55,792 nucleotides of DNA. It comes from a virus (taxonomy: Duplodnaviria > Caudoviricetes). How positions within the stretch are numbered: the first letter of the stretch is position 1; each line of letters opens with the position of its first letter. Shown one piece after another: positions 19,491 to 27,724 of this stretch. The notes under the pieces are model-generated. The model did no database searches, had not been told where the DNA came from, and saw nothing but the letters and a program-made list of their open reading frames with translations. The stretch lies in IMG/VR virus record IMGVR_UViG_3300045885_000606, positions 1-55,792 of that record. The stretch is one strand, 5' to 3'. The position numbers were made by a program, and so were the translations under genes.

Positions 19491-19972
19491 AGAACAGCCG
19501 TTACAAGTGATTGCAACGTGTGAATCGAGCGCAGCCCCTTACCCAGAGGATCCCGGCAATGGCGAGCGCAGCCGGCTATCCAGAGGACCCCGAAGCACAG
19601 GAGCGCAGCCGTGTCATGGAGGACCACGGACAAGAGAGCGCAGCCGTTTGAAGGGAGGATCCCGCGGGAAATGAGCGCAGCCGCAAAGGGAGAGACCCCC
19701 GGAATCCTGGAGCGCAGCCGCTGAGAAGACAATCCCGACGTACCGAGCGCAGCCGGGATATACGAGGACCACGAAAGAGGATAGCGCAGCCGCAATGGTA
19801 GAGAAACCCCAATAGATACGAGCGCAGCCGAATGACAAGAGTATCCCGAGAGGAGAGGAGCGGAGCCGAAAGCCCCGAGAACCCCGATGTGACGGAGCGG
19901 AGCCGTATCGAATGAGCATCCCGTGAAAAGAGCGCAGCCGCTGGACGCGAGAATCCCGCTGTCCATGAGCGC
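19491..19972 (+). repeat. TIGR-like dual-repeat guide RNA array 1 (~13 units of ~37 nt)
   Basis: Edge repeat GAGCG(C/G)AGCC alternates with loop repeat GAGNAYC(C/A)C, separated by unique 7-10 nt (mostly 9 nt) spacers. Example: gagcgcagcc-gtttgaagg-gaggatccc-gcgggaaat. The first unit is degenerate. Confidence 0.9.
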
Positions 19973-19988
19973 CCAGAAGGAGCATCCT

Positions 19989-22130
19989 ATGCCCGTCCCA
20001 GACATTGCCCTGGTTCCCGAGGAGTACATCGACTTTGATCTGACCTTACGCCTGGATCGTGATCTCGCCATCGCGGCCGGGAACTTGACCCCCCTCCAGC
20101 AGCGCTTCCTGGTGGATATGTACTACCAGGTGCAGGAGTCACGCAAGTCTGCCGCCAACCAGCTCCGCTCTGCCAGGGAAGAACCCAACGCCTTTATCAC
20201 CATGCTGGCGGCGTATCTCATGAAGTTAGAGCGCACAATCGTCAGCGCCCTCAACAAGGCCACCGACCAGCGCCCGGTGACGGCGTGGGCGAAGCGGCAG
20301 CACGGGATTGGCCCCGTACTCACGGCGGGCTTTGCGGCGCACATCGACATCCATATCGCCAAAACGCCTAGTGCTATATGGCGCTATGCGGGACTCGACC
20401 CAACCGTCAAGTGGGCCAAGGGGCAAAAAAGACCATGGAATGCGGCCTTGAAGGTCTTGTCGTGGAAATTGGGTGATTGCTTCTGTCTTAAGCCTGATCA
20501 AACCGTAACAACCAGGCGTGGCTATATCCCCATCTGTGAGGTCGTTAGGGGAGATGAAGTTCTTACGCACCATGGGCGCTGGCAGCGAGTAACGGACGTT
20601 CTCGTGCGCGACTATGCTGGCCCACTCGTCCAACTACGGGCGTTTGGACGAGCAAATCAAGGGCCATGGGTGACGTATGGACATCCTGTCTATACCCGTC
20701 AGCGTCCAGTCATCTACTACAGCGAGGGAGAGAGGCAGCGCTGGAAACATGGAGGAAGAGTCCAAGAGCAGCGCTTTGTTCGCGCCGCACAGATGCGTGC
20801 ATTGTACGAAGAAGGCTTGTTACTGAAAGAGATTGCTACTCGCTTTGGCGTCAGCGAAGCCACAGTGTCACGAAACGTACGGTATCTCAATAATGCCTAC
20901 TCTTCTATGCCTGTAGGGTGGATCGACGCCGAAGACATCCAGCGTGGATGGGATATTTATAGCCCGACTATCCCTGCGACGGCGGCCCGTCTCATGCTAG
21001 ACTTCCGCAGTCTTCCCGACTTGCTCCCAGTAGGAGACCACCAGGTGCGCGCACGAGGGAATCGTGCTATTCCTGTTCCAGCCACGGTCGCTGTCACAGA
21101 GCAAGTTGCTCGTCTCATTGGTCTCTATCTGGCAGAAGGGCATGCGGCGTCACATCAGGGACAACTTGGCTGGTCATTCCATCTCAACGAGCGGAGGTAT
21201 CAGGAGGAGGTCAGACAGACTATCGCTGAGGTTTTTGGACTTAACAGCAGTCTCTATGAGTATGTCGCTGGTCACTCTGCCCAGGTCATCGTGGCTTCAA
21301 AGCCACTCGTTATGCTGTTTGCCCACCTCTTTGGCTCGCATGCTCACACCAAACACCTGCCACCCTCCTGGCTCGAAACACTTGGAGACGCTGAGGCCCG
21401 AGCGCTTCTTCGTGGGCTCTATGATGGCGATGGGCATGATTATCACGGCGACAAACCTGGAGAAGTCCTTACAACGGTCTCGAAGACTCTCGCCTATCAG
21501 GTGCATGATCTCGTGAGGCGTCTTGGCATGCTTGCGTCTATCAATGTGGACAAGGAGGTCTATAAAGTCCGCATACAAGGACGAGAGATTACCGCTGAAT
21601 GGACGCCTACCGGCACCTGGCATAGCGTGAAGTCCATCCCAGAAACCTTCTATGCCGGCCCAGTCTACAATCTCGAAGTGGCTAACGACGAAAGTTATGT
21701 CGCAGAAGGGATTGCTGTCCATAACTGTAAGTTCCACAACCACGAGAAGTGCTTTTACGGGCACATCTATGCCGAGCGCAAGCAACTCGAAGTGATGCGC
21801 AACGCCCGGGGAGATTTTGCCGCGTTGGCGAAAGAGACGCTCGAAGTCCGCAAGATCCAGGATAAAGAGACCCGCCTGGTCTACGAGTCCGGGAAGCTCC
21901 CGGCCGGGCGCCTGGAGCTGCGGGCCCGCCGTGTGGCCGTAAAGCTCTTTCTCGCCCACTGGTTCGAGGTCGACTTTACGCATACCTTTGGCGTGCGCCC
22001 GGAGCTGTCGTATATTCTGATGCACGATCCAGAGACGCATACCCACTACATCCCACCGCCCCTGTGGGATCCGCCCGTAGACGTGAAGGCGCCAGCACCT
22101 AAAGCCGAAGACAGTGAGCATCCCGCGTAA
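19989..22130 (+). CDS. tasA: TIGR-associated (TasA-like) IS110/Nop-domain protein, interrupted by an intein
   Basis: ATG 19989 after AGAAGGAG. Coiled coil LVDMYYQVQESRKSAANQLR; GIGPVLTAGFAAHIDI...PSAIWRYAGLDP (IS110 Transposase_20/Nop-like); C-extein FYGHIYAERK...RARRVAVKLFLAHW. About 299 aa spliced, no RuvC or HNH seen, flanked by dual-repeat arrays. Confidence 0.82.
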   Translation: MPVPDIALVPEEYIDFDLTLRLDRDLAIAAGNLTPLQQRFLVDMYYQVQESRKSAANQLRSAREEPNAFITMLAAYLMKLERTIVSALNKATDQRPVTAWAKRQHGIGPVLTAGFAAHIDIHIAKTPSAIWRYAGLDPTVKWAKGQKRPWNAALKVLSWKLGDCFCLKPDQTVTTRRGYIPICEVVRGDEVLTHHGRWQRVTDVLVRDYAGPLVQLRAFGRANQGPWVTYGHPVYTRQRPVIYYSEGERQRWKHGGRVQEQRFVRAAQMRALYEEGLLLKEIATRFGVSEATVSRNVRYLNNAYSSMPVGWIDAEDIQRGWDIYSPTIPATAARLMLDFRSLPDLLPVGDHQVRARGNRAIPVPATVAVTEQVARLIGLYLAEGHAASHQGQLGWSFHLNERRYQEEVRQTIAEVFGLNSSLYEYVAGHSAQVIVASKPLVMLFAHLFGSHAHTKHLPPSWLETLGDAEARALLRGLYDGDGHDYHGDKPGEVLTTVSKTLAYQVHDLVRRLGMLASINVDKEVYKVRIQGREITAEWTPTGTWHSVKSIPETFYAGPVYNLEVANDESYVAEGIAVHNCKFHNHEKCFYGHIYAERKQLEVMRNARGDFAALAKETLEVRKIQDKETRLVYESGKLPAGRLELRARRVAVKLFLAHWFEVDFTHTFGVRPELSYILMHDPETHTHYIPPPLWDPPVDVKAPAPKAEDSEHPA
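20484..21725 (+). mobile_element. Intein (414 aa) with HTH insertion and LAGLIDADG homing endonuclease
   Basis: Begins CLKPDQTVTT, block B VTYGHPVY, ends VYNLEVANDESYVAEGIAVHN|C. LAGLIDADG blocks LIGLYLAEGH and LLRGLYDGDG; HTH LKEIATRFGVSEATVSR. Confidence 0.93.
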
Positions 22131-22472
22131 AGAGAGCGCAGCCGTCATCGCTGATCAACACGTCAAAAGTGAGCGTAGCCGAGTCTGGTGAGCATCACGT
22201 AAAACATGAGCGGAGCCGTATAGGAAGATCACCACGTCAAAGGGGAGCGTAGCCGAGAGCCCAGAGAGTCCAGTTAAACCTGAGCGCAGCCGTAGATAAG
22301 AAGAACCCCGAAGCACAGGAGCGCAGCCGCTGTGTGCTGAGAACCCCGCATGAGAGGAGCGTCAGCCGCTCTCCACGAGCATCCCGTTGGAAGAGAGCGC
22401 AGCCGAAATAGACGAGTATCCCAAAGAGATCGAGCGCAGCCGTCAGGCTGGAGCACCCCGTAACGCCGAAGC
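22101..22472 (+). repeat. TIGR-like dual-repeat guide RNA array 2 (~10 units)
   Basis: Same edge/loop repeats and ~37 nt period. Example: gagcgtagcc-gagtctggt-gagcatcac-gtaaaacat. The first unit overlaps the last codons of the tas gene. Confidence 0.9.
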
Positions 22473-22486
22473 GACGAGGGCACCAG

Positions 22487-22510
22487 GGCGTCACCCTCGA
22501 AGGTGACGCC
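22487..22510. terminator. Hairpin closing the TIGR locus, between convergent units
   Basis: GGCGTCACC-ctcgaa-GGTGACGCC perfect 9 bp stem; no U tract. Confidence 0.5.
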
Positions 22511-22540
22511 GGTCCCACGTCCTGGCAGTGTGCCCTTGAC

Positions 22541-22984
22541 TTAGAGCCTGCCAGACTTTGCAGGAGAGATGCCCCCATGGCGTCCTGCCGGCACGCGCCC
22601 TCCCCTGAGCGCCTGATGCCCTGGCAGAGGGAGACTGAGGTTCGTGAGCGGGCCCCGCGCTTGCACGTCATTAGCAAGCTGCCTGAGGCCTGCGGCCATA
22701 CTCAGGGCTTGAGCCTCAGAGCAGGGCTGTCCCAGGGGCATTCCCTCCTCGGAGCCAAGATAGACAATAATTTCCACACTGACACCCAAAAGGGAGGCAA
22801 GCGTCAGGGCCTTGCCCAGTGAGGGGGAGTTTTCCCCAGACTCAATTTTGGCAATGTTCGTGTGGTCCGCATATCCCGCGGCCAGACCAAGCGGCCGCTG
22901 CGAGAGACCGTGTAATTCCCGCAGACGCTTGAGACCGCGACCAAAATTCTGCCGGATCACGTCGTCTGCATAGAGGGCTAACAT
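22541..22984 (-). CDS. XRE-family HTH repressor (CI-like)
   Basis: FGRGLKRLRELHGLSQRPL...IAKIESGENSPSL. Confidence 0.85.
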   Translation of the reverse strand: MLALYADDVIRQNFGRGLKRLRELHGLSQRPLGLAAGYADHTNIAKIESGENSPSLGKALTLASLLGVSVEIIVYLGSEEGMPLGQPCSEAQALSMAAGLRQLANDVQARGPLTNLSLPLPGHQALRGGRVPAGRHGGISPAKSGRL

Positions 22985-23149
22985 ACCGCATCTCCTTCGT
23001 CAAAGACCATAGGCCCGCACCGATGTGCTATCACCACACATTTTATCGAAGACGCCTGGCAAGTGAAAGCAAAAACTTGTGCTTGATCCACACACCCATG
23101 TGCGCTATGTTATGGGTACAAAATCATCGCACAGGGAGAGGACAGGGCA

Positions 23150-23392
23150 ATGCGGTTGGGGCTGAAAAAGGCCCGTGCCGAGCGAGGACTCACGCAGCAG
23201 GAGCTGGTGTGCGCCTTAAAGGCACGAGCGCCGCATATCAAACTGGTACGCGCCACCATTTCCAAGTACGAGCATGGCGTCTACGATATTCCCGGACGCA
23301 CGCTTGAACTCCTGGCGCAAGTTCTCGATACGCCTATGGATATTCTCTATACCACGACGCCCGGCCTTGGGCGGCAACCCCCCAGGATATGA
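23150..23392 (+). CDS. XRE-family HTH regulator (Cro-like)
   Basis: LKKARAERGLTQQEL...TISKYEHG; divergent from the repressor. Confidence 0.85.
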   Translation: MRLGLKKARAERGLTQQELVCALKARAPHIKLVRATISKYEHGVYDIPGRTLELLAQVLDTPMDILYTTTPGLGRQPPRI

Positions 23393-23634
23393 AGGAAAGG
23401 CCCCCTTTGGCATACATAACGCATCCCCAACTCTTTGAGGAACTCTGCAGCCTGGCCAATGGACTGCAGTCCCTCCTCGACCACACTCCCGAAGGGGCGA
23501 TCCATGATGCCCTCTCTGCCTGCATCCTGCGTCTCGATCAGATTATCGACCACCTGGTCGAAGGCGAGGCCCCGGAGGCTGGGCGAAGGAGCGAAGCATG
23601 CAACGACTCGAAGGGATCATCGTCGCCCTGCTGA
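23389..23634 (+). CDS. Hypothetical protein
   Basis: ATGA coupling to the Cro-like gene. Confidence 0.5.
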   Translation: MKERPPLAYITHPQLFEELCSLANGLQSLLDHTPEGAIHDALSACILRLDQIIDHLVEGEAPEAGRRSEACNDSKGSSSPC

Positions 23635-23706
23635 TGTTTCTCATCTGGCTCTACGCCGTGGGCTGTGTCTGTGCCCGCTTCACTGGAGGAGAGGAGGACG
23701 AATAAC

Positions 23707-24102
23707 GTGGCTGAGGGATCCCTGAGCGGCATCTATCTGCCCATTCTCCGCAACTGGCGCAGACAGGCTGTCCCCATTGAAGAGGTGACCGAGCGCGAAC
23801 TGGAGCGCTACGAAGGCGAGCACCCCGAGATGGGCTGGCACTGGGCGAAAGCCCTGATTGCCCGTCTCAAAGACACCAGGAGCCGGGTGGAGCCGCCTCC
23901 CTCCTACGAGCACTACGTGCGCCTCCTCTCCTGTGTGACGGCGGTCTACAAGAAACGCCTGGCCGGTGATCCCCAGATGAGCTGGGAGGCACTCGATAGC
24001 CTCATGGCGCAGACCCTCGACGCAACCCTGGGGACGGAGCGCTTCCGCGCCTGGTGTGCCCGGGAAGTGACGACCTTAAGGCAGGAGGCGCCGCCATGCT
24101 AA
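23707..24102 (+). CDS. Hypothetical protein
   Basis: GTG after GAGGAGG. Confidence 0.6.
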   Translation: MAEGSLSGIYLPILRNWRRQAVPIEEVTERELERYEGEHPEMGWHWAKALIARLKDTRSRVEPPPSYEHYVRLLSCVTAVYKKRLAGDPQMSWEALDSLMAQTLDATLGTERFRAWCAREVTTLRQEAPPC

Positions 24103-24350
24103 CCGAGCCGTGGCGGATTCTGCGCCATGAAGAGCTGTCCTATCTTCTGTGTCTGGTCTGTAACTCGATCGATCCCGATCCCGACGCGGTGGCCATGAAG
24201 CGCTGCCGCGCCTGTGGTCTCACGCTGCCTGCCCTGCCCCCGGCGTATACCGCCGAGGAACACCGCAGAGAGCGTGCCTTCGCCCTGGCCAGGCGTGGCC
24301 GGGCCATCTACCCGAAAAGGACCCCCCCCAATGATTCACGAACCACGTAG
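24096..24350 (+). CDS. Small zinc-finger protein
   Basis: CLVC...CRAC; AGGAGG RBS. Confidence 0.55.
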   Translation: MLTEPWRILRHEELSYLLCLVCNSIDPDPDAVAMKRCRACGLTLPALPPAYTAEEHRRERAFALARRGRAIYPKRTPPNDSRTT

Positions 24351-24642
24351 TAATGTCACCTTTCTCAGCGATCTGGAGAGTGCCAGGCCCAGTGCCCTCC
24401 TGGCCCATCTCGATCCCGCGCTTCTCGTCGGACACTACGTGAAGCGGGCCTTTGCCGCTCGCCGTACCCAGCGACTCGAACATATGTGGGTATTGGTTGA
24501 GCGGGTGCTTCAAGGAGGAATCCTCGAAGGCGTCCTGGATAACGATCCCGTCCTCGACGTGGGGCTTGCCTGCGGCGACAGCGTCCAGGTACACCCCAGC
24601 ACCATCGAAGCCATCTACAGAGGTCCAGGAGGTGGACGGTGA
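24331..24642 (+). CDS. DUF2314-like protein
   Basis: EHMWV...GVLDNDP...GDSV pattern. Confidence 0.6.
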   Translation: MIHEPRSNVTFLSDLESARPSALLAHLDPALLVGHYVKRAFAARRTQRLEHMWVLVERVLQGGILEGVLDNDPVLDVGLACGDSVQVHPSTIEAIYRGPGGGR

Positions 24643-25676
24643 TCACCACATCACAGGCGCGCAAGTCCGTCAGTCGCCTGCCCAAACCAGGTGTGGCTCC
24701 ACCACAACCTCGGGTGCACCGTGTCCTGCAACTGGTCTCACACGGCATGGCGAGTGAGTTGCTGCGCGAGCACTACCCGAATCAGCGCCCCATCCGGCCG
24801 CATCATGTCCAGTATCTGCGCTATCTGATGCGCGTCGGACATTTTCGCCAGGGCTCCGAAATCCACCTCGCCGAGCTGGGCCAAAAGCGCTGGCTCCTCA
24901 ATGGCTACCATACCCTCACCGCCATTGTCCTGGAGCGCCAGCCGGTCTGGCTCTCGATTACCACCTATCGCTGTACTCAGCCTGACGAAATCTCCAGGCT
25001 CTATGACAGTTTTGACCGCAATTTGCAGCGCTCACTTGCTGATATGTACCACGCCGATCCCCTCCTGGGGGCAGAGGAATGGAGCCGGCGGCAGATTACC
25101 CAGTTAGGAGGCGCCATGCTGCCGCTCGCCCTGGGTTTTCAGTCGGAAGTCTTTGGCCGCAGCATCTACACCCTCATGCTGCGTGATGCCATCTTACGCC
25201 TGACACTCATGCATTCCTGGCTGCCGGAAGCGCGGAATGCCTTTGCCGGTCTCCAGGGCAAGCCCCAGCTTCGCGCCGCCCTCCTCCGCGCTGCAGTCTT
25301 CGCGGTCATCCTCTCCACCTACCGCTATCAGGCCGAGAAAGCACACCAGTTCTGGCCAGAAGTAGCACGCAATTCCGGCCTGAAAGTAGGTCAGCCAGCC
25401 CATCTCCTGGTGCATTTTCTCCTGACGACCACGGCCAGGCAACTGGAACCCACGCTCTATGCCCGCCATGTCGCCGCCTGCTGGAATGCGTATGTGGACG
25501 ATCGGGAGATACACCGGATTGCTGCCCGCACGATGACCCAGCCGATGCTGCTCCTCGGGACCCCCCATAGTGGCGACCGTGTCATGCAATACCTCGATCA
25601 GGCGGGCCAGGTGCATGAGCGACCAGTGCAGCGGGAGATGCCCTTAGAGAAAGTCGAGGATCAAGACGATGTTTAA
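24639..25676 (+). CDS. ParB/Srx-like N-terminal domain protein
   Basis: NQRPIRPHHVQYL...LLNGYHTLTAIV, a variant of the DGQHRL motif. Confidence 0.6.
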   Translation: MITTSQARKSVSRLPKPGVAPPQPRVHRVLQLVSHGMASELLREHYPNQRPIRPHHVQYLRYLMRVGHFRQGSEIHLAELGQKRWLLNGYHTLTAIVLERQPVWLSITTYRCTQPDEISRLYDSFDRNLQRSLADMYHADPLLGAEEWSRRQITQLGGAMLPLALGFQSEVFGRSIYTLMLRDAILRLTLMHSWLPEARNAFAGLQGKPQLRAALLRAAVFAVILSTYRYQAEKAHQFWPEVARNSGLKVGQPAHLLVHFLLTTTARQLEPTLYARHVAACWNAYVDDREIHRIAARTMTQPMLLLGTPHSGDRVMQYLDQAGQVHERPVQREMPLEKVEDQDDV

Positions 25677-26112
25677 TTCGCGGCCGATTCACGATCCTTA
25701 TCTGCAACAGCTCCTCACCGAGATCATGCTGCTCACGCGGCACTATGACTTTGCCGGGGCGCTCCTCCTCGTGTCTCCAGAGGAATCGGCTTTTGGCTAT
25801 CCGCTCTTTACGACCTGGAATGCGGTCGTGGAAGACACGAACCTGCCCGAAGTCCCTGGCCTCCAGTCACTGGGCTTCCGTATCCGTGTGAAGGAAGACG
25901 AACTGGGAGCCGAACGCGCCCACCAGCTTATGCTGGGGACCGCCCACATGCTGTGCCAGATGCAAGACTTTGGCCAGCAAACCCGCATCTGGGCCGGCGA
26001 TCTCCTCCAGATGCTCCGGGATCAGGGAGTACAGATTACCCATACGCCCTTTAACGGCCAGCCCTTGCCGCGTCTCTACAACCAGCAAGGGCGCAGGAGA
26101 GGACGCTCATAG
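25669..26112 (+). CDS. Hypothetical protein
   Basis: Overlapping operon organisation. Confidence 0.6.
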   Translation: MFNSRPIHDPYLQQLLTEIMLLTRHYDFAGALLLVSPEESAFGYPLFTTWNAVVEDTNLPEVPGLQSLGFRIRVKEDELGAERAHQLMLGTAHMLCQMQDFGQQTRIWAGDLLQMLRDQGVQITHTPFNGQPLPRLYNQQGRRRGRS

Positions 26113-26399
26113 TGGCTAAGACTGACGCATCAGTGCCCTGTGCACCCTGCCCGCATTGTGGTACCGTACCCGAAAGCCTGGGCGTGACCATCTGGGGCAC
26201 TGGGCAGCAGACCCTGCCCTACGCCGCCTTTGTGTGTCTGGCCTGTGGTGGGCTGGCGATTCTCTGGCTGGACACGGGACGCCTGGCCGCGCTCGCTCCC
26301 GAGTATGAAGCGCTGCTTGAGGCCCGGGCGCCGGCGCTCTGGGAGCGTGTTGTGGCGGTGCGCTCTCGGCTGGACATGGAGGACGACGATGCCCCCTAG
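26112..26399 (+). CDS. Small zinc-finger protein
   Basis: CPHC...CLAC. Confidence 0.5.
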   Translation: MAKTDASVPCAPCPHCGTVPESLGVTIWGTGQQTLPYAAFVCLACGGLAILWLDTGRLAALAPEYEALLEARAPALWERVVAVRSRLDMEDDDAP

Positions 26400-27720
26400 G
26401 CTCAGATGTTCTACGACGTTGGTCGTATGCCTATGTGTCCTGCTGGCGTGCTCCACAGGGCAGAGCCAAACTTTCTACGTAAACCAGGAAACAGGCAATG
26501 ACACGAACGCCTGCGGCACCGCGCCAAGGGCAAGTATCAACAAGGGGATAGAGTGCCTTCAGCCCGGCAATGAGTTGGTCATTGGGGCTGGCACGTACCG
26601 CGAGCTGCTGGTGTCTGCGGGCGCCAGTGCCCCGGACACCGTCCCCATCCCCAACGGGCTGGAAGGCAAGCCGACCATGCTGCGCGCCGCTCCGGACGCC
26701 CGCGTGTGGCTGCGCCCCGAGCAGACCTACCCAGGTGGTGGCGGTGTCGTGACGCTCACCAGTCAGGCCCGCTGGCTTTCCTTCGAGGGGATCAGTGTGG
26801 ACGGCAACGGTGCCCACACCAATGGCCTGAGCCTGGACGGCGAGCATATCGTGTATACGCGGGCTGAAGTGCTCGGTGGGAAGTCGCAGGGTGTTTCCAG
26901 CATCTACGGTGCCTATCACACGCTGTCGCAGCTCCTGGTCCACCACAACGGTTTTGACGACAAATCGCATGGCTTCTATGTCTGCGGCCAGAACAAGACC
27001 ATCGAGTACAACGTGGTGCATAGTCATGCGGGGTACGGCATCCAGGTAAGCTGTGAGAGCGGTGGGGTACGGAATATGGTGGTGCGCTACAACCGGGTGA
27101 CCAACAACGCGCTCAGGGGTATTCAGATGCAGGGGGAGGGACACCGCGTCCATGATAATGTCCTATACCGGAACGGCATAGGAGTCGGGCTGAACGGCTG
27201 CGATATGGATGTGTCCCATAATACGATCGCTTCGTACCTCGAACTCCCCGACAACTGGGCCATCATTACGCAGGGGTGTAGTCAGTTACGGATCAAAAAC
27301 AACTTAATTTTAGACCATCCAGTCCGCTCCTTCGGCACCTCCGGCACACGCTATATCTATTGGGGCACAGGAAGCCGGCCCGTGCTGGAGGGCAATACGT
27401 GTGACGCGACCGGGATGGGGTGTCAGGTTGAGGTGGACGGCTGGCAGACGCTGGTCGCCAACCTGCCAGGAGCCAACCTGCGCCTCATTCCTGGCTCACC
27501 GGCGATTAACGCCGGGACGCCCCTGGGGCTGACGCCCGACATTGCCGGCCTGCCGCGCACCACGCCGGATAGTGGCGCGTATGCGTACCAGGCGAGTACG
27601 CCAGAGCCCCCGGACCCGACACCGCCCACGCTGCCCGAGGTGGCGCGGTGTGCGTTCACGCGGAATGGCGCAGTCTTAGCACAGTGGCTGTGCGAGAACC
27701 CTGCACAGAGGAGACGCTAA
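26389..27720 (+). CDS. Exported or lipoprotein right-handed beta-helix protein (pectin-lyase-like fold)
   Basis: Hydrophobic N-terminus with LLAC; FYVN...GND...SINKGI; PbH1-type repeats; C-terminal LIPGSPAINAG...PDSGAY. Confidence 0.75.
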   Translation: MPPRLRCSTTLVVCLCVLLACSTGQSQTFYVNQETGNDTNACGTAPRASINKGIECLQPGNELVIGAGTYRELLVSAGASAPDTVPIPNGLEGKPTMLRAAPDARVWLRPEQTYPGGGGVVTLTSQARWLSFEGISVDGNGAHTNGLSLDGEHIVYTRAEVLGGKSQGVSSIYGAYHTLSQLLVHHNGFDDKSHGFYVCGQNKTIEYNVVHSHAGYGIQVSCESGGVRNMVVRYNRVTNNALRGIQMQGEGHRVHDNVLYRNGIGVGLNGCDMDVSHNTIASYLELPDNWAIITQGCSQLRIKNNLILDHPVRSFGTSGTRYIYWGTGSRPVLEGNTCDATGMGCQVEVDGWQTLVANLPGANLRLIPGSPAINAGTPLGLTPDIAGLPRTTPDSGAYAYQASTPEPPDPTPPTLPEVARCAFTRNGAVLAQWLCENPAQRRR

Positions 27721-27724
27721 TACG

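Noticed and set aside
19472-20071. ORFs over the arrays (19472-20071 -, 19614-19985 -, 22237-22677 -) and the 19923 start
   Set aside because: These translate the repeats. The RBS supports ATG 19989 as the start.
19989-22130. Ordinary IS110 transposase / insertion sequence
   Set aside because: No N-terminal DEDD RuvC-like domain is visible, and the gene is flanked by dual-repeat arrays rather than IS ends.
19491-22472. CRISPR array interpretation of the GAGCGCAGCC repeats
   Set aside because: The repeats are ~10 nt and alternate with a second repeat, the spacers are ~9 nt, and there are no cas genes.
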